Positions 12,842 through 24,833 of a stretch of 38,856 nucleotides of DNA are shown here, piece by piece. Made by a program: the position numbers and the translations under genes. Position 1 is the stretch's first letter. Each line of letters starts with the position of its first letter. Source of the stretch: Octopus bimaculoides (lineage: Eukaryota). The DNA lies in assembly GCF_001194135.2 (NCBI RefSeq), contig NC_069007.1, positions 18,678,879-18,717,734 of the forward strand, in the 5' to 3' direction. The notes under the pieces were generated by a model. It made no database searches. It was not told the DNA's origin and saw only the letters and a list, made by a program, of their open reading frames with translations.

Positions 12842-15800
12842 GTTTGTCCCCCCAACATCGCTTGACAACCGATACTGGTGTGTTTACATCCCCGTAACTT
12901 CGCGGTTCGGCAGAAGAGACCGATAGAATAAGTACTAGGCTTACAAAGAATAAGTCCTGGGGTCGATTTGCTCGACTAAAGGCGGTGCTCCAGCATGGCC
13001 ACAGTCAAATGACTGAAACAAGTAAAAGAATAAGAGTATACCATTAAATCTTTTATAGGTACAGCACTGTACATTCCAAACACTGATGGTCTGGGACCTC
13101 TAATAATCCATAGTAATTTACAGACAGGAATTTCAAATTCCCATGACTGCCAGACTGTGTAAAAGGATCCCCTTTGGTCATGAATGACCATGGGATTGCA
13201 TCAGGAATGTTTCCCTCTGAGGCACAAGTCCAGGCAAGGTTGTTTATGGAAAACCAGCAGTCGCCCATGCATACCATGCCACCGATATCATCCAAGGGAA
13301 AGGCAAAGGGGCCGATACAGCTCGGTACCAGTGACGTCGTAGCTCATTTCTGTCAGAATTCTCCATTCTCTGAGAGGACCATATTGAGGAGGTAAATGAG
13401 AGTAAGTGAAGGTTATATGCTGTGGGTGGCAGGGGGTACAGATGTTTCAGTGGCTTGATGGATATGAGTGTCGTTCCCTTTAGTTTAGAAATGTAGGCAC
13501 CTAGTTCTAAACCAGTCAGGAATTATGTATAGATCCAGGAATAAGACAATAATGATGATCAGAAAGCAAGACACTCCATATGTAATACAGATGTAAACAT
13601 TTTAAAAAATTATGTTATCAGAAATGAGTTTATCAGTAGGAAAAAATTAATTTAGATATAGATAATTAGATTGAGTGTGTAAAATAATTAGCAAAAATAT
13701 AATTAGATTGGCTAGAATATATTAGGAAAAATATACATTATATTGATTAGATATTCGTTTTTACATTGGTTAAATATTGGATAGTCATAAAAATTTGTTT
13801 CTTTTCAAAGATATTTGAATTGAGACAAAAAATATTTTTATCAAAGCGGTTTATGGTTTTTAGTAATTCTGTTCTTCCTCTACAACTTTGGTTTATCATT
13901 TTTGAAGTTAGAATAAATTTTACCTCTTTTCAGACATATGGCAACGATGTAGAGCCAAGTGGAGAATGATAACGAGCAGGTTCAACACTGGCTTCTCTTT
14001 GCATTCAGTCAAGGTTCCAAAGCTGCCAAATCCGCTTGAGACATTTGTACTGTGTACAGAGGAGGCACTATTATTGAAAGAACTGAACAGAAATGGTTTT
14101 TTATGCTCAAAGGAGATGAAATTCAACCTCACATTCTCTCTACATTCAGGCCCACCTGTTCAGTTCAGTGAAGATTGATTGATTGAATAAGCTCAGCCAC
14201 AAAGGAACTGGCACAACAGATGGGATAATCTCATGATACCATTGCCTTGATACCATGATACCACCTTCCCTTGATGGATGAAGTCCAAACACACTGGTTG
14301 GTGACACAGCTTGCTTCTCCGACACAACATCGAAAAATACCTTAGGAACGAGAACCCAGGTTTGAAATTTCCCCAAAACACCTGATGAAGGCTGGGGGGT
14401 ATATCAGCTGAAATGTGTTAACAACAAACAAGATGAGGACAAATATCCATCAAATGTAAATAATATACATAATTCCTCATCTCTTAAATATAGAACTGGA
14501 TAATTAACCAGTTATCTACATAATTAACTAATGTATATTTAATTAAATCTCATCTAGGTCATCCCATAGAACGCCCCAATATTTAATTAAAGTATATGAA
14601 ACGTGTTAACAAAATGAGGACAAATATCTGTCACATGTAAATAATGGTAAATTATCTTCATTAATTATCTTTCTACTTTTACATTGGTTAAAAATGTATT
14701 TAAACAAGTTAAATAATTATCTTTACATATATTTTTACTTGGATTAAATAAATAAACAACTTTTCAAACTTTGATTATTTATAAATTTCTGTATCAGCTA
14801 AATATGAGCTTTAATCGTATATTTTTACTTAATTAAAAATCTACAATTTACAGAGATAATACATGATTTAATTAGATACATATTTTTTTTTACATTGGTT
14901 TAATATGCAATACTTTGACAGTGTTAAAATATTTATTTTATATTGATTAAGTATATATTTTATATTAATTACATACGAAGCAACACAACAAGGAACTAAC
15001 CAAAAAGAAAAGCCACACACAAGTGATAAAAATGAAAGCAGTGAACAAGAATAAAACAAAAAAAAAGAAAAACTCAAAGATTGGCAGAAAATCTTTAACC
15101 ATTTTCTAATCTTAGTTATTAATGAAATGCCCTCTTCATATATATCTGAATTAGTTTTGAAAATAATCAGCAATTCGGATGAAATGAGGTGGCGTTTAAA
15201 AGAGTATAAATGGGAAATTCCTGCATGAAATTCCTCTTGGAAGGTTTATATTTAAATATGAACACTTCAAAATGAATAAGTTTTGTATCCTAGAACCAGA
15301 AGTGGTTCTAGGATACAGGTGGGTTGGCACCATAGAACCAGAAGTGGTGGCCTCTGATTGATATTATAAAGCCAACAAGTGGTGAGTCTCAGATACGTTG
15401 ATTCCTGGAAACCAGAGGTGTTCATCTTAGATGAGTTGGCATCATAGAACCAGAAGTGGTGGCCTCAAGTGGAATGGTTTCATAGAACCAGAAGTAGCGT
15501 CTCAGATTCATGCAGAATCAGAAGTGAAGGTCTTGGGTGGACAGGCCAGTGCCAAATGATTAATTTACCAACTAGATTTTATTTTCTGTATTTCATTCCG
15601 ATTTTTTTTTGTTTGTTCTTTTTTTAAAGATTTTGTTTGTGTTTTTTTTTTTGCCAATTGTTTTTGAACAAACAACCCCCGGGGGGTAGGGGAAGGGGTC
15701 ACCTGAACTAGGTGTGGTATTTTACAACCATGATCAGCAGCCTGGCAGACTGGACAACTGTGATGATGTGACTTAAGATATTAAAAATGGAATGGGTTAT

Positions 15801-18800
15801 GAGGTGGTGGTGGTGGTGGTGTGTCTGTCATTGGGTCAGATGTAATTGATAGTTGTAGTTGATAGATGACAATGACGATGACAATAGTGTTGATGATGAT
15901 GATGATGATGATGATGATGACAGTTATATAAGAGTAGAAAAGGCACAATGTGGTGAGGATGATGGTGATGATAATGATAATGATGTTGATGGTGGTGATG
16001 ATGACAATGTTGATGATGATACTGACAATGGATATGATGACAATGATTATGATGATGACAGCAACACATGATGACGATGATGATGATTGTGGTAATTTTT
16101 CTTTTCTTTTCCATGTGAGATTAGTAAAAAAAAGTCACAAGTGACCACCACCAAGGATTGTTAGGCTATTAGGGTATGTACCCCAGTCCTCAAAATGATG
16201 GAAGTCAAAGTCAAGAAAGAGAATTGAAGTCAGAAAGTGCTAGGTATTGTATTTTGTCTTGTACAAGACATTCAGTTTGTGTGTGCATGTGTGTGTGTGT
16301 GTGTGTGTGTGTTAGCTGAATCAATACCAAGCACTACTTCTCTAAAATCTGAAGCTAATGCATGCATTTCACAAATCTGGATAAGTACCGATGCCATGAA
16401 GAGATAAGAGTGCTAACATTTCGAGTAAAAAAGCCCTTTATCGAGGAGAGAAAACTTTTTTTTAATTTAAAAAAAAAGTTCCCTCTCCAATGAAGGACAT
16501 TATTCGAAACAAAAGTTTTCTTGTAGTTGGTGGCTGGGTGTTTAACCAAAGGTCAGCCCTAATTGGGTAGACCTAATATGAAAAGCATTCCAACCACAAC
16601 CATCCAGCCTATTATGTACAGAGAACCTGGGGCAACATTTTCCAATGAGTCCTTCTTTTTTTTTAAGATGACAAGGTATGATTTGAAGCTGATTTGGCTG
16701 TTATTTCTAGTAGAACAAGCAACTATGTAAAGCTTCCTTCATTGGGTTCATCTGGATTCTTATCTCATCAAGCCATAGGGACTGATCCAAATTTGTGACC
16801 TTTATTAAATGATTTAATCTACACCAAACACTACTAGTTTCCTTCAACTCTCATCTATATTAATACATGCAATATTTGTCTCAGCACAGAACATATCAGG
16901 AAAAACACACACACAAAAAAAAAGAAAAAAAAAACGTAATTAATAAATTTAACAAAATGGCAAATATTAAAAAATAAATAAATAAAACAGTAAAATATCA
17001 AGAATTTTCAAATGTTGATTTAGGATACTTCTCTTCTACAAATTCTTGCATCAGGAACTGATAGGTAAAAGCATTTCACATTTAACCCTTTAGCATTCGG
17101 TTTATCAAATGAAATGTTTATTTATTCCTTGTTTTGAATTAATCATATATTTTCTTCTAGCTTTGAGATTTCAATGATGTGGCTGTTTATTTTAAGATGA
17201 CATTGTAGGATATGTGTGAGAGGCCAGATCTGGCTGGTTTGAACACAAAACAGATAATGTATTGAGGCTAGATATGGCTGGTTTAAATGCTAAAGGGTTA
17301 ACCCTTTTGTTACCATATTTCTGTTAAGATACTCTGTATTTCTTTCAATTAATTTTAAATATAACAAAGAATTTAGTAAAATAACTTAGTTATCATTAAG
17401 CTAGTGTCAGGAACATAAATTGTGACTAAGGATTGGTGGAAGATTTTAATTCAAAACTTATGGAAACAAGACATTTGTACTACAGAGCCAGAGGCAGTTT
17501 CAGCCAGTTTGGTATCAAAAGGGTTAAGAATTGTTTCTCTGTTATATATTTTAACCCTTTTGTTATCATATTTCTGTTGAGATGTTCTCTGTTTCTTTCA
17601 ATTAATTTTAAATATAACAAAGAATTTAGTAAAATAACTTAGTTACCATTAAGCTAGTGTTAGGAACATAAATTGTGACTAAGGTTTGGTGGAAGATTTT
17701 AATTCCAAATACATGAAAACAAGACATTTGTACTACAGAGCCAGAGGTGATTTCAGACGAGCTGGTATCAAAAGGGTTAAAGAACCATAATTATTGAACT
17801 GGTGATTCAAAACTGTTTTTACTAAATTTTACCAAAGTTTTTCTCAAGTCATTTCTGACACTTTAAAGATGTTCTAAGGTGGGTTTCTTTCTTTTTTTTT
17901 CTCTCTCATTTTCTGTGCCAGAGTTACAACCAGAACAGGGCAGAAGAGAATAACTTGCTTCATTACTTTATTAACCCATCGACCAGAGACAGGCCAGTTT
18001 TTAGTCCTTTTCCATGTTTTACACAAAGAACAACTCACTAGAAACACTAGACTGCACTACTACATCCCCACCTGACCCCGGTCCAGAGAGTGTGGGGTAG
18101 GGAGGAGAGGAAGAGAACGTGGAGGAGAGACAGAGAGACAGACAGAAGAGAAAAAAGACAGAGAGGAGAGAGAGGAGACAAAGAGATGAGAGAGACAGAG
18201 AAAGATGAGAGAAGAGACAGAGAAAGATGAGAGAAGAGACAGAGCAGTGAGAGAGACAGATAGACTGACAGAGGCAAGGGTAAAGAGGGAGAGGACTGCA
18301 TTAGCCACCCCAGCCCAGCCCCACTCCAAGTAGTGACCTACCTGTCTGAGACTCGTGTTTCTGAACTTTTCCTTCGTACTCCCAGCCAACAGCCGAACTG
18401 TCCTGCCTGTCCTTCTGCACACCAAATTTTCCACCGAAACCTTTACTGTAATCTGGCAGAGAGAGAGAGAGAGAGATAGAGTCAAAGAGACAAGAGGATA
18501 AGCATAAAATAAAACAAGGAGTACAGCATGTATAAGGGGAGGAGTAAGAGAAAAGGGGAGAAAGAGAGCGAGTGTTATGTCACAGATAGTGGACGTGTGT
18601 TTGTGTCATGGCATGTCAATCAACACAAACACACGTCCACTATCTGTGACATATACACACACATAGACTTTGCACTCTCTAAGAAAAAAAAATCATTGAA
18701 TTTTTGACATACACAATATTTTAATCATTTAGAAATATTTAAAACTGAATGTGATTTCAAAAATGTAAGTTGTTTGTACAGTAAGTATTTATATTTTAGC

Positions 18801-19660
18801 TTTCTTTAAACAGACGATATTTTAATGTTTTTAAAAATTATTTTCAAGTGAATGGTGATCTTTCGCTTTGACTCTCAGAACTGTCATCCAGAGTTCGTTA
18901 ATTTCCGTAAAAATATTTTATTTATTCACTTTTATTTTAAAGTGAAAGAGAGGAGAAAGTGAAAGATGTATTTTGGGAGACTGAACCATGTGTATAGCAG
19001 TTCAGTCTCCCTTGTACTCAACAGACAATATTACAAAATAAAGAATTGGCAATGACAGCAGAGCTCAAAATCAAAGGTTATCAAAACAGGAAAAAACCAG
19101 ATCTAAATAGCACCATCTGGTGGCAGAGAACCATTACATACCTTTCTGTGACTCATGCTTCCCTAAATTCTCCTGGTGATCCCATCCGACAGCAGATTTG
19201 TCCATACTCTCAGACTGAACGCCATATTTCCCACCAAATCCTTGAGAATAATCTGTAAGCAAATCATGTTAATTAAAGATATAGTGTTAATTACATATAA
19301 TATCCGTTATGACTGAAAAAAGACAATCGAATCTGATTAGAGAAATGATGCATAGGTTTGAGGTACTTGTTTACCTGTATGGCAAGTCACACCTGCAATG
19401 CTCCACAATTTAAATGGTGGCGATGATCCAGAGATGAAGGACATAGGATCAAATACTACTAGGCAGGGCCTTCATATCAGTGAGCGGGGTAAGTGCACTG
19501 CAAACCCATTAAGAGGAAGGCTCTGAGATGGTGCACAATCTCTCTAGATGGAACCTTGAAACCTACTACCATCTGGTATGTGGAGCGTTTAACTAACAGC
19601 ACCTGCACAAGCAATCAATTTGCAAGTCCCCAAACATTGGCACAAAAACCACATACATAC

Positions 19661-19705
<45 letters not shown>

Positions 19706-21348
19706 AGTCAGTAAATAGTGGGGTTGTGTTAACTGCATGTGGAGAAATAATAGGAAAATGAAAAATAATAGTAAGGCAGAATGCTAAACTGGAAGCATAT
19801 TTTAATAAAGATTTCTAACTGGCTTTTATTGCGAAGCAAATTTTCAAGAAGAGGGAGAATGAAAATGTTTTCTACAAAGAAGTACAAAATGAAAAAAATA
19901 ATATAAAAAAAAATAATATATAAAAAAATAAATATACCAATACATTATATTGTCTTTGAGCTTTTAAAGTTCAATGGTAATCCATGNNNNNNNNNNNNNN
20001 NNNNNNNNNNNNNNNNNNNNNNNNNNNNNNNNNNNNNNNNNNNNNNNNNNNNNNNNNNNNNNNNNNNNNNNNNNNNNNNNNNNNNNNNNNNNNNNNNNNN
20101 NNNNNNNNNNNNNNNNNNNNNNNNNNNNNNNNNNNNNNNNNNNNNNNNNNNNNNNNNNNNNNNNNNNNNNNNNNNNNNNNNNNNNNNNNNNNNNNNNNNN
20201 NNNNNNNNNNNNNNNNNNNNNNNNNNNNNNNNNNNNNNNNNNNNNNNNNNNNNNNNNNNNNNNNNNNNNNNNNNNNNNNNNNNNNNNNNNNNNNNNNNNN
20301 NNNNNNNNNNNNNNNNNNNNNNNNNNNNNNNNNNNNNNNNNNNNNNNNNNNNNNNNNNNNNNNNNNNNNNNNNNNNNNNNNNNNNNNNNNNNNNNNNNNN
20401 NNNNNNNNNNNNNNNNNNNNNNNNNNNNNNNNNNNNNNNNNNNNNNNNNNNNNNNNNNNNNNNNNNNNNNNNNNNNNNNNNNNNNNNNNNNNNNNNNNNN
20501 NNNNNNNNNNNNNNNNNNNNNNNNNNNNNNNNNNNNNNNNNNNNNNNNNNNNNNNNNNNNNNNNNNNNNNNNNNNNNNNNNNNNNNNNNNNNNNNNNNNN
20601 NNATCCAACAGTTAAAACCCAGTACTTTTAATTGTATAGAAGAGTCACAACTGTTAAATACCGTTTTCATTACTACAACATTTTGTGACTGTTTATAAAA
20701 GATTCTTTAAGTTGTTATTCCATCTTGACAAATGACAAAACGATCCATCACTCATTACCTGTTTGTAATTAGACACACTCTGACATTCTCATTACCTGTC
20801 TGCGATTGATGTTTTTCGACTTTGCCTTCATAGTCGTAGCCAACAGCGCACGCATCCTGGTGATCTTTTTGCAGACCAAATTTACCGCCGAATCCTTTTG
20901 AATAATCTGTGAGATAACAGAAGTCGAGATCCAAGTTTGAGGTTTCTGACTCATATCACTCACCAGATGTCACTGAGGGCAGCAAACTAAACAACACTAC
21001 GTGCACAAAACGCTTCAAATGTCCTCAGAACATCTCGAGGGTTAATGAAACTGAAGCCACCGCAAACGGTCCAGGTAGCGTTAGTTGCAACAAAAGCCAT
21101 GTGGAAGGAAGAATTAACTTCGGAGTTAATCCAAGAACTTCACTAAATCTGATAAATAGTGATATACGAGAGTGACTTATAAAGTAATACCATTTTGTTT
21201 AGGACAGGTATAATTACCAACACAGGAACATATACCATACATACATGTGTGTGCGTGTGTATACACACACACATATACATATCTACTTACATATAAATAG
21301 AACATATACACATATACATACCTATATACATACATATATATATATATA

Positions 21349-21388
<40 letters not shown>

Positions 21389-23343
21389 AACATATACATA
21401 TATATACACATATATACATACACACACAACCAGGTTTTTTAGATGCCATGCAGTGGGACTGAACCCAGAAGCTTGTGGTTGGGAAGCAAACTTCTTAGCA
21501 TACTGCTACACCTGCACCTATATGTGTCTATATATATATGTGTGTGTGTGTAAAGGTAAGATCCAAGGATCAAGGTGTAGGAAGTTAGTAAGCTTCAAGC
21601 AATCCATAGAAGGTATTAAAAACAACTTTCAGGAACAGCAGCAGTTTACTGGCGCAGAGGGTTGCGAATTTCCCCCATACTGAAGGTTGCTTTATGGAAG
21701 ACCTGCAGTCACCCATGCATACCAGCCTCCCGTCCCCGTGTCAGTAATGTTGTCCAAGGGAAAGGCAAAGGGGCCGATACAGCTTGGCACCAGTGACGTC
21801 GCAACTCATTTCTACAGCTGAGTGAACTGAAGCAACGGGAAATAAAGTGTCTTGCTCAAGGACAGAGCAAACAGCCCGGTGTGGGAATTGAACTCACTAC
21901 CTCGTGGTTGTGAGCCAAACGCTCTAACCAGTGAGCCATGTGCCTTCGGTAAAAAAAAAAAAACAATAATTGAGAAGACAGAAGAGTGGAATGGAATGAG
22001 AATAGAAGGAAAGAAAGAGAAAGGAAGAAATAATGGTCCGAGGGGCTGGGAGGAATGGAATGAAAGCTAATCTCAACCTTTTTGGGATGCATGTTTCTCC
22101 GTTTCACCTTTATAGGNNNNNNNNNNNNNNNNNNNNNNNNNNNNNNNNNNNNNNNNNNNNNNNNNNNNNNNNNNNNNNNNNNNNNNNNNNNNNNNNNNNN
22201 NNNNNNNNNNNNNNNNNNNNNNNNNNNNNNNNNNNNNNNNNNNNNNNNNNNNNNNNNNNNNNNNNNNNNNNNNNNNNNNNNNNNNNNNNNNNNNNNNNNN
22301 NNNNNNNNNNNNNNNNNNNNNNNNNNNNNNNNNNNNNNNNNNNNNNNNNNNNNNNNNNNNNNNNNNNNNNNNNNNNNNNNNNNNNNNNNNNNNNNNNNNN
22401 NNNNNNNNNNNNNNNNNNNNNNNNNNNNNNNNNNNNNNNNNNNNNNNNNNNNNNNNNNNNNNNNNNNNNNNNNNNNNNNNNNNNNNNNNNNNNNNNNNNN
22501 NNNNNNNNNNNNNNNNNNNNNNNNNNNNNNNNNNNNNNNNNNNNNNNNNNNNNNNNNNNNNNNNNNNNNNNNNNNNNNNNNNNNNNNNNNNNNNNNNNNN
22601 NNNNNNNNNNNNNNNNNNNNNNNNNNNNNNNNNNNNNNNNNNNNNNNNNNNNNNNNNNNNNNNNNNNNNNNNNNNNNNNNNNNNNNNNNNNNNNNNNNNN
22701 NNNNNNNNNNNNNNNNNNNNNNNNNNNNNNNNNNNNNNNNNNNNNNNNNNNNNNNNNNNNNNNNNNNNNNNNNNNNNNNNNNNNNNNNNNNNNNNNNNNN
22801 NNNNNNNNNNNNNNNNNNNNNNNNNNNNNNNNNNNNNNNNNNNNNNNNNNNNNNNNNNNNNNNNNNNNNNNNNNNNNNNNNNNNNNNNNNNNNNNNNNNN
22901 NNNNNNNNNNNNNNNNNNNNNNNNNNNNNNNNNNNNNNNNNNNNNNNNNNNNNNNNNNNNNNNNNNNNNNNNNNNNNNNNNNNNNNNNNNNNNNNNNNNN
23001 NNNNNNNNNNNNNNNNNNNNNNNNNNNNNNNNNNNNNNNNNNNNNNNNNNNNNNNNNNNNNNNNNNNNNNNNNNNNNNNNNNNNNNCTACTCTTTTCGGG
23101 GGACCAAAATGCTGGGGTTGGCAGCACTGCAGTGCCAGCCAGCTCCTGCAATTTTAGCATCCAGTTCAGCATCCAGCCTCCCATCACTTGGAAACAACAT
23201 TAAAAGATGTAAATAAATGATAGGGACTTACCTTGTCTTGGTGGTCTTTCTGAACCCCAAATTTACCTCCAAATCCCTTCGAGAAATCCTTTTGGCTGTT
23301 GTGCACAGAAAGTTTTTCTTGGTGTTCATGACCCAAAGCAGAC

Positions 23344-23378
<35 letters not shown>

Positions 23379-23896
23379 CAACAACAACAACAACAACAAC
23401 AATAATAATAATTTCAAATTTTGGCACAAGGCAAGAAATTTTGAGGGAAGGGGTAAGTCGATTACATTGACCCTTGTCATCTACTGGTACATATTTTATG
23501 ACCCTGAGAGGATGAAAGGCAAATTCGACCTCAATGGAATTTGAACTCAAAATGTAAAGACAGACGAAATGCTGCTAAGCAGTCAGACCATCATGCTAAC
23601 CATTCTGCCAGCTCACTGCCACGTCTAAGGCCACAGTAGATGATATCTGTCCAAAGTGTCATGCAATGAGAACTCAACACCAAACACACGAGTAGTTATA
23701 TATAAAAGTATTAAAACCAGATATGTGAAGCAACACTTACTTTGTCCATTCGATCTTTCTGGACCCCAAATTTACCCCCATAGCCATAAGAAGCTTGAGG
23801 CCCAGCTTCAAATTCTTTCTTCTTGTGAGAGGCATGATCCTGGGCAACTCCCTCTCTCAAAGTGTTCAAGCTGAAAAATTTTTAAACATCAACAAC

Positions 23897-23931
<35 letters not shown>

Positions 23932-24604
23932 CCATTCAGATTACTCTGTTAAATGTAAAGCTTAATTATTCTCATTGTTTTGAATTAATCCTGGATTATC
24001 TCGTAATTTTCAAGATTTCAATGATGTGAATATTTATTTTCAGAACGACATTGTAGGGTAGGTGTGAAAGGCCAGATCTAGCCAGTTTGAACATTAAACC
24101 AGTAGAATATTTTGGCCAGATATGGTCAGTTTAAATGCTAAAGGGTTAAAAAACAAAGTGGGGCTGTGAACTTACAGCTTCACCCCAGTTTCATACAAAC
24201 AATGGGGTTTCATTCCCATGTGGCTTCCGACCACACATGGAGCAGTGTCAGTTTAAAAAAATATGTCCTTAATTTTCAAAGTGAAAAGTTATTTACCTGA
24301 TGGAGGCCATGTGACCTGATCCTGCGACTGTTTTCGATCCCCATCGCTGGTCCTTCTCACTCACGTCATTCTGGACAATGGAAAAACGAAAGAACTCAAT
24401 AAAAGAGAATAGTCAGGAAATATATAAGAGGTGGGTGGCATGAAGGAAAAGGAGAGATACAGAAGCAATGATATATTATTAGCATCATCATCGTTTAACG
24501 TCCGTTTTTCATGTCGGCATGGGTTGGATGGCTTGACTGAGGATTGGCAAGCTGAGAGGCTGCACCAGGTTCCAATCTGATCTGGCAAGGTTTCTACAGT
24601 GAGA

Positions 24605-24650
<46 letters not shown>

Positions 24651-24787
24651 TAGAGTTTGTGTGCGTGTATTTGTGTGTGTGCGTGTGTTTGCGTATGTGT
24701 TTGAGAGAGTGTGTGTGTGTTTGTGAGAGTGTGTGTGATAGGGAGAGAGTGTGTGTATGTGAGAGAGAGAGTGTGTATGTGAGAGAG

Positions 24788-24833
<46 letters not shown>

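Noticed and set aside
15284-15535. CRISPR-like appearance of the core-plus-spacer array
   Set aside because: Eukaryotic intron, degenerate cores, mutually related spacers and no cas genes.
16415-16450. Minus-strand ctcgataaagggc...ctcgaaatgttag resembling another hammerhead
   Set aside because: The CUGANGA core is broken and stems are not supportable; at most a decayed relic.
19375-19455. Open 81-nt phase 1-1 candidate exon between repeat exons A and B
   Set aside because: Weak polypyrimidine tract and no similarity to cortactin; chance splice dinucleotides are likely without transcript support.
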